DNA of 53,995 bases from an uncultured Opitutaceae bacterium. GTDB taxonomy: Bacteria > Verrucomicrobiota > Verrucomicrobiia > Opitutales > Opitutaceae. This document shows, piece by piece, positions 38,985-47,438 of this stretch (positions are counted from its first letter, which is position 1; each line of letters starts with the position of its first letter). The stretch spans positions 1,237 through 55,231 of the forward strand of contig CAZFCY010000010.1 in NCBI GenBank assembly GCA_964517665.1, in the 5' to 3' direction. The notes beneath the pieces were generated by a model, which saw only the letters and a program-made list of their open reading frames with translations, did no database searches and was not told the origin of the DNA. The translations under genes were made by a program, and so were the position numbers.

Positions 38985-40145
38985 TTAGAACAGGGTGGTG
39001 AGGCCGATGCGGAAGCCGGCGCCGCTGGCCAGTTTGATATCCGCGGTGCGGCCTCCCAGGGTCAGGGCGAGGTCGTCGGAAAGACCCTCGTAGGTGAAGC
39101 TGGCGAAGAGCCCTGTCCGGCGCGTCAGCCACAGCTCGATATCGAGCGAACCGAACAGGCCGATGGCATCGTAGTTTGTCGTCTGGCCCTGCTCCTGCGC
39201 GCGGATTTCGGCGGCGTAGGCTTCGCTGTCGATGCGCTCGTCGTAGCGCATGTCGATACCGAGAACGTAAAAGCTCACGCCGACACTCGCGCGAATCGAG
39301 AGCTGCCGGGAGAGGTGAAAGCGCGACCACGCGCCCGCGCGCGCGGAAAAATAGGTGCCCTTGGCCTGCCAGAAGCCTTCGATCGCGGCCGCGCCCACCT
39401 CGTTGGTTTCCGTCCGGCTGAACGGCTGGTTGGCGAGCAGGATGCTGGTGTTGATCACGACGGAGCTTTCCGTGCCATCCGGGCCGATGATCGTGACTGT
39501 CTCGGTCGAGGGCGCGGTGTAGGGGGCGGTCGGCGGCGTGGCTCCATCGAGTGAATAGACGTCGGTGATCGAGCGCAGCGTGGCGTTGATCGTGCCGGAG
39601 GTTTTCGCGTTGATGTCGGTGAGGCCGAGCCCGAGGAAGCCGCCCCAGGAGCCGGGCCGGCGATTGTCGGACATGCGTTTGCCGTAGCCTCCGAAACGCC
39701 GCGAGAGTTCCATGTCGAAACCGGGTTTGCGGCCCGACTCGGCGTCCACCGTCGCGCCGTCGCTGATGGTGCTGTAATTGTGAAACGCGATCCCGCTCTG
39801 GTCGGGCAGCACCTGGCTGTCGTTCAGCATGGTCCAGTAGGAGGTGTAGCCGTCGTCCGGCAGATCCACGCCGTCGCTCGTCGTGCGCTGGTCGATCTGG
39901 ACGATGCCGTCGTGATAGGCGCGCGTCAGCTCGCCGAAGCGTTCGCCGGAATCGAGCGTGGATTCGATCGTGCCGAGGTCGCGAAAGGTGACCTTCGCGT
40001 TGCCCAGCAGGCGCACGCTGAAGGAGAAACCGCCGCTTGACTCACCGATGACCTCGGACGGCCAGAGACCGGAGGAACCCTGCGAATATCCCTCGATGCA
40101 TAGGATCGTGGAGAGCAACACCAACACGGCGAACAGACGGGACAT
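38985..40145 (-). CDS. putative outer-membrane beta-barrel protein (start may be 40313)
   Basis: Signal peptide; amphipathic beta-strands; C-terminal GFRIGLTTLF with terminal Phe; 19 bp upstream of the delta-60 gene. Confidence 0.7.
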   Translation of the reverse strand: MSRLFAVLVLLSTILCIEGYSQGSSGLWPSEVIGESSGGFSFSVRLLGNAKVTFRDLGTIESTLDSGERFGELTRAYHDGIVQIDQRTTSDGVDLPDDGYTSYWTMLNDSQVLPDQSGIAFHNYSTISDGATVDAESGRKPGFDMELSRRFGGYGKRMSDNRRPGSWGGFLGLGLTDINAKTSGTINATLRSITDVYSLDGATPPTAPYTAPSTETVTIIGPDGTESSVVINTSILLANQPFSRTETNEVGAAAIEGFWQAKGTYFSARAGAWSRFHLSRQLSIRASVGVSFYVLGIDMRYDERIDSEAYAAEIRAQEQGQTTNYDAIGLFGSLDIELWLTRRTGLFASFTYEGLSDDLALTLGGRTADIKLASGAGFRIGLTTLF

Positions 40146-40418
40146 AAGGTGTCCAGCAAACGGCCCCGGCTTCGGGCCACAAGCCTGATCATGCGGAATC
40201 CGGAGATGCCGCGGCGCCACGGATCCGGAGCGAAACAAGCGCGGTGGCGGCGGGCGCGATGCAGGAACACGGCGACGGTCCAGCGACCGTTCGGACGACG
40301 GCTGAGTTTTCATTGGGAGACTGGTCTGGTCCTGCTTCAGCCGAATAGCAGGTTCGGTGGGGCCGGCTTCAGCGACTAGAGTAGAACAGTCGAGCCGACG
40401 CGAGTTCCGCAGACGAGA

Positions 40419-43400
40419 CTAAATGTCAGGAGTCAGCGGACGGGAGACAAAGGGCCGGGGTTCAGAGGCTGGATCCGACTCCTGCCCCCTGTCTCCTGAT
40501 TTTCCCCAACCTCCGCCGCCAGGCGTCAGAAGCGCGAGCCGATCGCCCGCGCCTGCTTCTACGCCGGAAATGCCGTCGAGGGTTTCACGCGTTCCGTCCG
40601 CGCGTTCGATCCATTGGGCGCCCGGCTGGCCGCGCTCGCCACCGGCGCCGCCCGGCGGGCCGAGGGAGCGACGCTGGCTCAGGATCGAGAGCGAGACAGG
40701 CTCGAGAAAACAGATGCGGCGCTCGATGCCGTCGCCTCCGCGAAACTCGCCGTCTCCGCCCGAGCCGCGCCGGATCGCGAAGCGCTCGACGCGCGCCGGC
40801 AGCCGCAGCTCCATGACCTCGGCGTCCGTGATCGCGGTGTTGGTCATGTGGCAATGCACCGCGTCGCAACCCGCGAAACCCGGGCCCGCGCCCGAGCCGC
40901 CGCCGACGGTTTCATAGTAGCTGAAGCGCGCGTTGCCGAAGAGAATGTTGTTCATCGTGCCCTGGCTGCAGGCGGCCAGCCCGAGCACCTGCATGAGCAC
41001 GTCGACCACGCGCTGGCTCGTCTCGACGTTTCCGCCCGCGACGGCCGGGCAGTTGCGCGGATCGTCGCCGAAACGCGGCGCGAGCATGCCTTCCGGGATG
41101 CGCAGATCCACATCGCGCATGAGGCCTTCGTTGAGCGGCAGGTCGCGCCCGGCGAGCACGCGCAACACGTAGATGAGCGCGCTGCGCACGATCGCCGGCG
41201 TGGCGTTGAGGTTTCCTGGATGAACCGCGGCCGAACCGGTGAAATCGAAAACCATCCGGCCCGCCTCCCGCCGGCAGGCGACGACGATCGGCGAACCATC
41301 GTCGAGCGCGTCCCGCGACTCGCGCCGGATCCCGCCGAACCTCGCGAGCGCCTCGGCCAGCGCGTCCGCCGAGCGCGTTTTCAACAACGCCATGAACTCC
41401 CGCGCTCGCGCGCTTCCGGCCTCGAGCGCGAGCGTTTCCAGCGCCTCCGCTCCGCGGCGGATCGAGGCGAGCTGGGCGTGCAGGTCCGCGATGTTTTCCT
41501 CCACCGCGCGCGAAGGAAACGGGCCGCTCGCGAGCACGCGCCGGATGTCGTCCCAGTCCACGCGACCGGCGCGCGCGAGCAACCGCGGCGCGATGACGAC
41601 GCCTTCTTCCGCGAGGTTCGAAGCATCCGGTGGCATCGAACCGGGGCGGATGCCGCCGATCTCGGCGTGATGCGCGCGGTTGGCCACGTAACCGATCAAG
41701 CCGCCATCGGCGTCGTGCACCGGCGCGATCAGCGTCACATCCGGCAGATGACTCCCGCCGAAACCCGGGTGGTTCGTGATCGCGACATCGCCCGCCCGCA
41801 ACTCGATCGCCTCGCGTACCCGGCGCACACACTCGCCCAGCGCGCCCAGATGCACGGGGATGTGCGGCGCGTTGGCCACGAGTTCGCCGTTCGCGTCGAG
41901 CAGGGCGCAGGAAAAATCGAGCCGCTCCTTCACGTTGACCGAGAGCGCGCAACGTTGCAGGAGCACGCCCATCTCCTCGACCAGCGCGAGAAACCGGCAG
42001 GTGAACAGCTCCAGCTCGACCACGCGCGATCGGATCGCTGCCCGCGCCGTGCCCGCCGCCCTCGCGCGCGCGAGCCGCACGGTTCCCGCCGTGCCGATGC
42101 GGGCGCGCCAGCCCGGGGCGACGAAGAGGGTGCTGAACCGGTCCTGGATCAACGCGTTTCCCGGCAGCGCGGCGTGCGCGGCCAGCTCCGCGCGACGAAA
42201 TGTCCGCGGCGCCGGCGGCTCGTCGCAATCCGCCGCGTCATCGGCAAACGTCTCCTCGCCCGCCGCTTCGCCGACGCCCGAAGCGACGACGCTCGCCGTC
42301 ACGACCTCCACCGCGCGATCAGCCGGCACATAGCCGAAGCGATGCGCGTAGGCGGAATGAAATCGGTCGACGAGCGTGTCGAACGGCTCGGCCGCGAGCG
42401 CGAGGCCCGATTCCTGTCCGGCGAAACGAAGCTCGATTTCCGCCCGGCGCACGCGCGTCGCCCGTTCGTCGATTCCGTCCGCCGCGAGGGCGGCGCGCGC
42501 CTCCGCGCCGAGTTCGGCGAGCGCGGACGGAAGCCCGGCCGCGATGTCGTTCCATGAGCGCAGAAGCTGGCGTTGTCGAAACCGTTCCGGCACGGCCGCG
42601 CGCAGCCCGCAAGCGCTCAGCAAGCCGGAGTCGGCGGGAAACAACACCGTCTCGATCCCCAGTCGCCCGGCCACCGCGCACGCGTGCAGCCCGCCCGCTC
42701 CACCGAAGGCGAGGAGCGCGTATTCGGCGGGATCGCAACCCTCGCGCACGGAGATGCGCCGGATCGCGTCCGCCATGCGCTCGTTTGCGATGTCGAGAAA
42801 TCCCCGCAGCGTCTCCTCCCGCGCGGGCCGGCGGCCGGTGGCCGATTCGACCGCCGCCAACAGCTCCTCCAGCCGCGCTTCCGCCGCATCCGCGAAGACC
42901 GGCAATCCGAACAACGCCGGATCGAGACGCCCCAGCAGCAGGTTCACATCGGTCAACGTCAGCGGCCCGCCCGCCCCGTAACACGCGGGGCCCGGATCCG
43001 CGCCCGCGCTCGCCGGACCCACGACCAGCGCGGCGCCGTCGAACGCGCAGATCGAGCCGCCGCCCGCGGCCACGCTTTCGACCCGCAGAGCCGGCGCGAA
43101 GACTCGCGCGGGGCCGACGTGGTGTTGAAAGCGGTATTCGAAATCGCCCGCGATCCGCGCCACGTCCGTGCTCGTGCCGCCCATGTCGAAGGTGAGGACT
43201 TTCGAATAACCAGCCTGCCGCGCGATCGCCGCCGCGCCCGCCACGCCGCCGGCCGGACCGCTCAGGAGGCTGTCCTTCGGTCGATAACTCGCCCGCGGCA
43301 CGAGGCCTCCGGCGCTGGTCATGACGGAAAACCGCGCCGCCTCCACGGCCTTGCCCACGCCGGAAAGGTAGTCTTCCATCACCGGCGAGAGCAGCGCGTC

Positions 43401-44240
43401 GACCACCGCCGTTTCCGCGCGCGGCACGATCCGGATCAAGGGAGCCAGTTCCGAGGAAACAGAAACGAAACGAAACCCGGCCGCGCGCAGCGCCGCCGCC
43501 ACCGCGCGCTCGTGCTCCGGATTGCGATAGCTGTGCAGCAACGCCACCGCCGCGACGTCGATGCCCGCGCGTCGCAGTTCCGCCGCCTGCGCGCGCAACG
43601 CCTCCTCATCGAGCGCCCGCAGCACACCGCCGTCGGCGGCGAGCCGCTCATCCACCTCCACGACCGGCCCGTGCAGTGGCGCGGGTTTGCGCACTTCGAG
43701 CGCGAACAGATCCGGCCGGCGCTGGTCGCCGATCCGCAGCACGTCGGCGAAACCCGCGGTCACGAACAGCGCCGGCCGCGCGCCCCTGCCCTCGAGCAGG
43801 GCGTTGGTCCCGCGTGTCGTCGCGAGCCGCAACTCGACCGGCGGCAATTTCCCGTCGAGCGCCGCGCCGGTCAGGATGCGCATCGCCAGCACCGGCGCCT
43901 GCTCCGCCGCGGTGAGGTCCACCACCTCGCCGACCGCGAACGCCGCGCCCTCGATCGACGCGCGCGCGCCCGCCGCCTGCCAGCGCGTGACCCGCCCCGT
44001 TCCATCTCCGGAAGCGCGGCGGACGACGTAGCCATTGAAGAAGCCGTCGTTCACCTTCGGCAGTCCAGCCAGCTCGATCGTCCCCGGAGCCGGCGCGGCG
44101 GACACCCGCGCGCGCAACGCGCCGGAAGAAAGCACTTTGAGCCGGTGTTCCCCGCCATCGGGCGCGAGGGCGAGGCAGTCCGTGAACGTGCCTCCCGTGT
44201 CCATCCAGAATCGCCAGGGTCTCGCGCTTGCCGCCGCCAT
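40419..44240 (-). CDS. ATP-dependent 5-oxoprolinase / hydantoinase A+B fusion
   Basis: DTGGTFTD, TTRGTNALLE, SGPAGG, DMGGTSTDV, FGGAGGLHA, NVKERLDFSCA, HIPVHLG, GGSHLPD, HMTNT, TPGGGGWG. Confidence 0.95.
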   Translation of the reverse strand: MAAASARPWRFWMDTGGTFTDCLALAPDGGEHRLKVLSSGALRARVSAAPAPGTIELAGLPKVNDGFFNGYVVRRASGDGTGRVTRWQAAGARASIEGAAFAVGEVVDLTAAEQAPVLAMRILTGAALDGKLPPVELRLATTRGTNALLEGRGARPALFVTAGFADVLRIGDQRRPDLFALEVRKPAPLHGPVVEVDERLAADGGVLRALDEEALRAQAAELRRAGIDVAAVALLHSYRNPEHERAVAAALRAAGFRFVSVSSELAPLIRIVPRAETAVVDALLSPVMEDYLSGVGKAVEAARFSVMTSAGGLVPRASYRPKDSLLSGPAGGVAGAAAIARQAGYSKVLTFDMGGTSTDVARIAGDFEYRFQHHVGPARVFAPALRVESVAAGGGSICAFDGAALVVGPASAGADPGPACYGAGGPLTLTDVNLLLGRLDPALFGLPVFADAAEARLEELLAAVESATGRRPAREETLRGFLDIANERMADAIRRISVREGCDPAEYALLAFGGAGGLHACAVAGRLGIETVLFPADSGLLSACGLRAAVPERFRQRQLLRSWNDIAAGLPSALAELGAEARAALAADGIDERATRVRRAEIELRFAGQESGLALAAEPFDTLVDRFHSAYAHRFGYVPADRAVEVVTASVVASGVGEAAGEETFADDAADCDEPPAPRTFRRAELAAHAALPGNALIQDRFSTLFVAPGWRARIGTAGTVRLARARAAGTARAAIRSRVVELELFTCRFLALVEEMGVLLQRCALSVNVKERLDFSCALLDANGELVANAPHIPVHLGALGECVRRVREAIELRAGDVAITNHPGFGGSHLPDVTLIAPVHDADGGLIGYVANRAHHAEIGGIRPGSMPPDASNLAEEGVVIAPRLLARAGRVDWDDIRRVLASGPFPSRAVEENIADLHAQLASIRRGAEALETLALEAGSARAREFMALLKTRSADALAEALARFGGIRRESRDALDDGSPIVVACRREAGRMVFDFTGSAAVHPGNLNATPAIVRSALIYVLRVLAGRDLPLNEGLMRDVDLRIPEGMLAPRFGDDPRNCPAVAGGNVETSQRVVDVLMQVLGLAACSQGTMNNILFGNARFSYYETVGGGSGAGPGFAGCDAVHCHMTNTAITDAEVMELRLPARVERFAIRRGSGGDGEFRGGDGIERRICFLEPVSLSILSQRRSLGPPGGAGGERGQPGAQWIERADGTRETLDGISGVEAGAGDRLALLTPGGGGWGKSGDRGQESDPASEPRPFVSRPLTPDI
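40426..40499. repeat. head-to-head heptamer arrays (TCAGGAG/ACAGGGG type) inside the oxoprolinase 3' end
   Basis: + strand TCAGGAG TCAGCGG ACGGGAG ACAAAGG; - strand TCAGGAG ACAGGGG GCAGGAG. Confidence 0.6.
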
Positions 44241-44313
44241 CGCGCGGTTGTCCGGAAATTTGCCGATTGCGTCAAACTGCCCAAACTGCGAACCCCGAAA
44301 CCCGGCGTCGGCC

Positions 44314-44757
44314 ATGATCACCTGTTCGAAAATCTATCACGACATCCCGTTCGCGCACCGTCAGCACAAGCATGCCGGACATTGCGCGCTCGTGCACGGG
44401 CACAACTGGAGTTTCCGTTTCGCCTTCGGCGCGCATCGCCCGGACGAGAACGGCTTCGTCGTCGATTTCGGCCAGGTGAAGTTCATCCGCGCCTGGCTCG
44501 ACGGGGAGTTCGACCACGCCTGTGTGTTCAACCGCGACGATCCGCTGCGCGAAACGATCGTCGCGGCCGCTCCCGGAGCCTTCAAGGTGTTGCTGGTCGA
44601 AAGCTGTTCCTGCGAGGGCCTGGCCGAATATGTTTTCCACGCGATCGACCCGCTCGTGCGCGAACACACGGCTGATCGCGCCTTTCTCACCGAGGTCGAG
44701 GTCTTCGAGGACTCCCGCAACAGCGCCGCTTTCCGTCCCGACGCCGATCGGCGCTGA
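44314..44757 (+). CDS. queD: 6-carboxytetrahydropterin synthase (QueD/PTPS family)
   Basis: AHRQ..HCALVHGHNW, GFVVDFG, FDH, SCEGLA, EVFEDSRN. Confidence 0.88.
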   Translation: MITCSKIYHDIPFAHRQHKHAGHCALVHGHNWSFRFAFGAHRPDENGFVVDFGQVKFIRAWLDGEFDHACVFNRDDPLRETIVAAAPGAFKVLLVESCSCEGLAEYVFHAIDPLVREHTADRAFLTEVEVFEDSRNSAAFRPDADRR

Positions 44758-44941
44758 CCCGCGCCTGCGGGCCGCGCCACCCTGGCCGTGGCGCGCCTCA
44801 CGCCGCCGCGCCATTCTGGCCCATTCGGAATCCGTCGACGCCCGGCCTCTCCCTCGTGCCAGCCCCGATCCCCGCGTCGGGGTTCCCGTGGCACGCTTTC
44901 AGCAACCAGCGCAGGGGCAAAAGCGTATTGTTCTTCGAGAC

Positions 44942-45457
44942 ATGGCCACGAACCACACAGAAAACGACCTTCGGGAACAGCAGACCCTCGCGTGGGGGCT
45001 GTCGTTCGCAAACGGTTATTTCGAGCTGGGGATGCTTGGCCGGGCGGAGAAGGAACTCGACAGGCTTGCCGCCCGTTTTCAGGACAAGCCGGAGGTGCTG
45101 GCCATGCGGCTGCGCATCCTGCTCACGAAGCGGAGCTGGCCCCATGCCATCGAGGCCGCCGAGCGGGCCGTGCGGCTTTTTCCGCACATCCCGGAGTTTT
45201 ACGTCCATGCCGCGGCCGCCTGCGACATGATGGGCGAGAGCAAGACCTGGCACGCCCTGTGGCAAACCGCGCCGGAGAATGTGCGCAGCTCGGGCGTTTT
45301 GCATCTGCACGTCGCCCGTTTCGAGGCAAGCCTGGGAAACCTCGCCGCCGCCCGCGAGCACCTGCGCCGGGCCTTCTCGCTCGAGCCCGCGCTCCTCGCC
45401 ATCGCCGGCAACGACCCCGGCCTCGCGATCATCCTCGACGGCCACCAGAACAACTGA
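44942..45457 (+). CDS. TPR-repeat protein (GYFELGM family), paralog 1
   Basis: WGLSFANGYFELGM; TPR helices; AREHLRRAFSLEP..NDPGL. Confidence 0.8.
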   Translation: MATNHTENDLREQQTLAWGLSFANGYFELGMLGRAEKELDRLAARFQDKPEVLAMRLRILLTKRSWPHAIEAAERAVRLFPHIPEFYVHAAAACDMMGESKTWHALWQTAPENVRSSGVLHLHVARFEASLGNLAAAREHLRRAFSLEPALLAIAGNDPGLAIILDGHQNN

Positions 45458-45480
45458 GCGACAATCGAGCGGCGCGCCAG

Positions 45481-45522
45481 AAAGCCAGTTTTCTGTAACG
45501 TACGCGACAGAATTTTGGCTTC
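45481..45522. repeat. 42-bp dispersed palindromic element, copy 3 (inverted)
   Basis: Reverse complement GAAGCC AAAATTC TGTCGCGTACGTTACA GAAAACT GGCTTT; 23 bp after the TPR1 stop. Confidence 0.9.
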
Positions 45523-45728
45523 CGGGTTTGCGCGTTGGAAGCGCCGCGGGCTGAAGGATGGTCCGCCGGGACTCGCGGGATGGTGGAATTTACGCGAAAC
45601 TCCCGGTCGGCAGTCAGCGAACCACCCCAAGCGCCCTAGGGTGATCTGAGAAATCTTCCGGGCGCATGATAAAAAGTTTCGCGTGCTCTAATCCGCGTTC
45701 AGACCCAAGACGATAAACGCGGCGACCT

Positions 45729-46241
45729 ATGGAGCTTTTCTCTTCATTGGATTTCGAAACGGAACCGCAGAGCCTGAAATGGGCCCTGTCTTTTGCCCAG
45801 GGTTACTTCGAACTCGGCATGGTTGCCGCCGCCAATCGCGAACTCGATGGCCTGAGCGTGAGGCACCGCTGCTACGCCGACGTGATCGAGTTGCGCGCGC
45901 GCGTGATGCTCGCCCGCGGCCGCTACGCGCAGGCGGCGCGGCTCGCCCGCAGCGCTTCGAAAGTCTATCCCGGCATCGCCGAGTTTTACGTGCTCGCGAG
46001 CGAGGCGTACGAGGCGCTCGGCCGGCCCGGCGAAGCGAAGGCGGTGTGGGAGTCGTCACCGTCGTTGTTTCACGTGTCGGGCGTTTTCCACTACAACCTT
46101 GCGCGTTACGAAGCGCAGATGGGAAACAGCTTCTCGGCGCGCGAGCACATCGCCCTCGCGATCGAACTCGATCCCGCCTACCAGCACCGCGCGAGCAACG
46201 ATCCCGGCCTCCGCGAGTTGTTGAGCACCGCCGCGAACTGA
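45729..46241 (+). CDS. TPR-repeat protein (GYFELGM family), paralog 2
   Basis: WALSFAQGYFELGM; HYNLARYEAQMGN..AREHIALAIELDP..NDPGL. Confidence 0.85.
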   Translation: MELFSSLDFETEPQSLKWALSFAQGYFELGMVAAANRELDGLSVRHRCYADVIELRARVMLARGRYAQAARLARSASKVYPGIAEFYVLASEAYEALGRPGEAKAVWESSPSLFHVSGVFHYNLARYEAQMGNSFSAREHIALAIELDPAYQHRASNDPGLRELLSTAAN

Positions 46242-46369
46242 GGCCGTCGCTCGCGCTGACCCGGGCGACGAACCCGGAGGCCGGGCTTCGCCGCTTGTGA
46301 CGCGACCTTTCGGGGAGGGCTTTCCGGTGGACGCTTGCCTCCGGGCACGTCGCGGCCTCCGATGGCGGT

Positions 46370-47353
46370 GTGGATTGGGAATCGGTCGACTGGCCAGCCT
46401 TGCACCGCCTGCGCGAAGTGTTCTTGCAACGCGCGGAGAATCCCGGGCCGTACTGGCAGGGCGCGCGCGATCTCGCGAGTTACGACTTCACCTTCGGTCG
46501 CCGCATCGCGTGGAAGTGGTCGGCGGTGATGGAGGAAATGATCGCCGCGCGATGGACGCCGCCCGCGCGCGCGCTGGTGGACTGGGGTTGCGGCACGGCG
46601 ATCGCGGCGCGGTCGTTTCTCGCGCATTTCGGCAGCGCGTGCCTGGACGAGGTGGTGTTGTGGGATCACTCGGTCGCGGCGACGGCCTTCGCGCGCGATG
46701 CGATTCGCGCCCGGGGGCACGATCTGCCGATCACCGTCGCCGATCCCGCGGGCCATGTCGCAAGCGGCGGGTTCATCCTCGTCGTCAGCCACGTGATCAA
46801 TGAGCTCGACGCGCAGGGTCGCGCGGCGTTGCTCGACCTCGCGCAGAGGGCGTCCGCCGTCATCTGGGTCGAGCCCGGCACGCGGGCGGATTCGTGGGCG
46901 CTGCTCGATGCGCGCGACGAGCTGCGCAAGTTCTTCCACTGCTGGATGCCGTGTCCGCACAACGGCGCCTGCGGGCTGCGCGCGCCCGAGAACGAAAGGC
47001 ATTGGTGCCACCACTTCGCGCGCCCGCCGACGGAGGCGTTCACCGAGAGCGGCTGGGCGGTCTTCGGCCGGCGGCTCGGCGTCGATTTGCGCAGTGTTCC
47101 CTACAGCCACCTCGTTCTCGACCGGCGCGAGCCCGCGCGGCTGGCGGAGGGCCGGCGCGTCATCGGGCGCCCGCGCGAGGGAAACGGCGTGATGAGCCTG
47201 CTGCGTTGCGACGCGAGCGGCGTATCCGAAGTTCAACTACAGAAGCGCGATTCGAAACCGCTCTGGAAGGCGCTCGAAAAACGCCGGCATCCGGGCCTCC
47301 TCGCCTGGCGCGAGGACGAGCGCGGCCGCATCCGGGAAACCGGAATTTTGTAA
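46370..47353 (+). CDS. Rsm22/METTL17-like SAM-dependent methyltransferase
   Basis: LVDWGCGTA, SHVINEL, VEPGT, PCPHNGAC..WCHHF, YSHLVL, RVIGRP. Confidence 0.82.
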   Translation: MDWESVDWPALHRLREVFLQRAENPGPYWQGARDLASYDFTFGRRIAWKWSAVMEEMIAARWTPPARALVDWGCGTAIAARSFLAHFGSACLDEVVLWDHSVAATAFARDAIRARGHDLPITVADPAGHVASGGFILVVSHVINELDAQGRAALLDLAQRASAVIWVEPGTRADSWALLDARDELRKFFHCWMPCPHNGACGLRAPENERHWCHHFARPPTEAFTESGWAVFGRRLGVDLRSVPYSHLVLDRREPARLAEGRRVIGRPREGNGVMSLLRCDASGVSEVQLQKRDSKPLWKALEKRRHPGLLAWREDERGRIRETGIL

Positions 47354-47377
47354 CGTACGTTACAGAAATCGGGCTTC
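47336..47377. repeat. 42-bp dispersed palindromic element, copy 4 (perfect core)
   Basis: GAAACC GGAATTT TGTAACGTACGTTACA GAAATCG GGCTTC; provides the TAA stop of the methyltransferase. Confidence 0.9.
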
Positions 47378-47438
47378 CTGCCGTGCGGCGCGGAACGGGC
47401 TCAACATCCGGCGGGCGGCTGATAGCAGATGGCGGGAC

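Noticed and set aside
40146..40418. Possible structured leader upstream of the barrel/delta-60 operon
   Set aside because: No riboswitch consensus recognised, and part of it may be coding (alternative start at 40313).
44241..44313. preQ1 riboswitch or queuosine/7-deazaguanine modification cluster around queD
   Set aside because: The short divergent intergenic region has no recognisable aptamer, and there are no queC/queE/dpd genes in the window.
47349..47364. TGTA-N8-TACA resemblance to an NtcA/CRP-family operator
   Set aside because: Only copy 4 fits. The other copies break the left half-site, and all lie at gene 3' ends rather than at a consistent promoter position.
13021..47377. 42-bp palindromes as CRISPR repeats or integron attC sites
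   Set aside because: The copies are kilobases apart with no spacer periodicity, and there is no cas or intI gene. They are too short for attC, GTTACA does not fit GTTRRRY, and the flanking genes are housekeeping.
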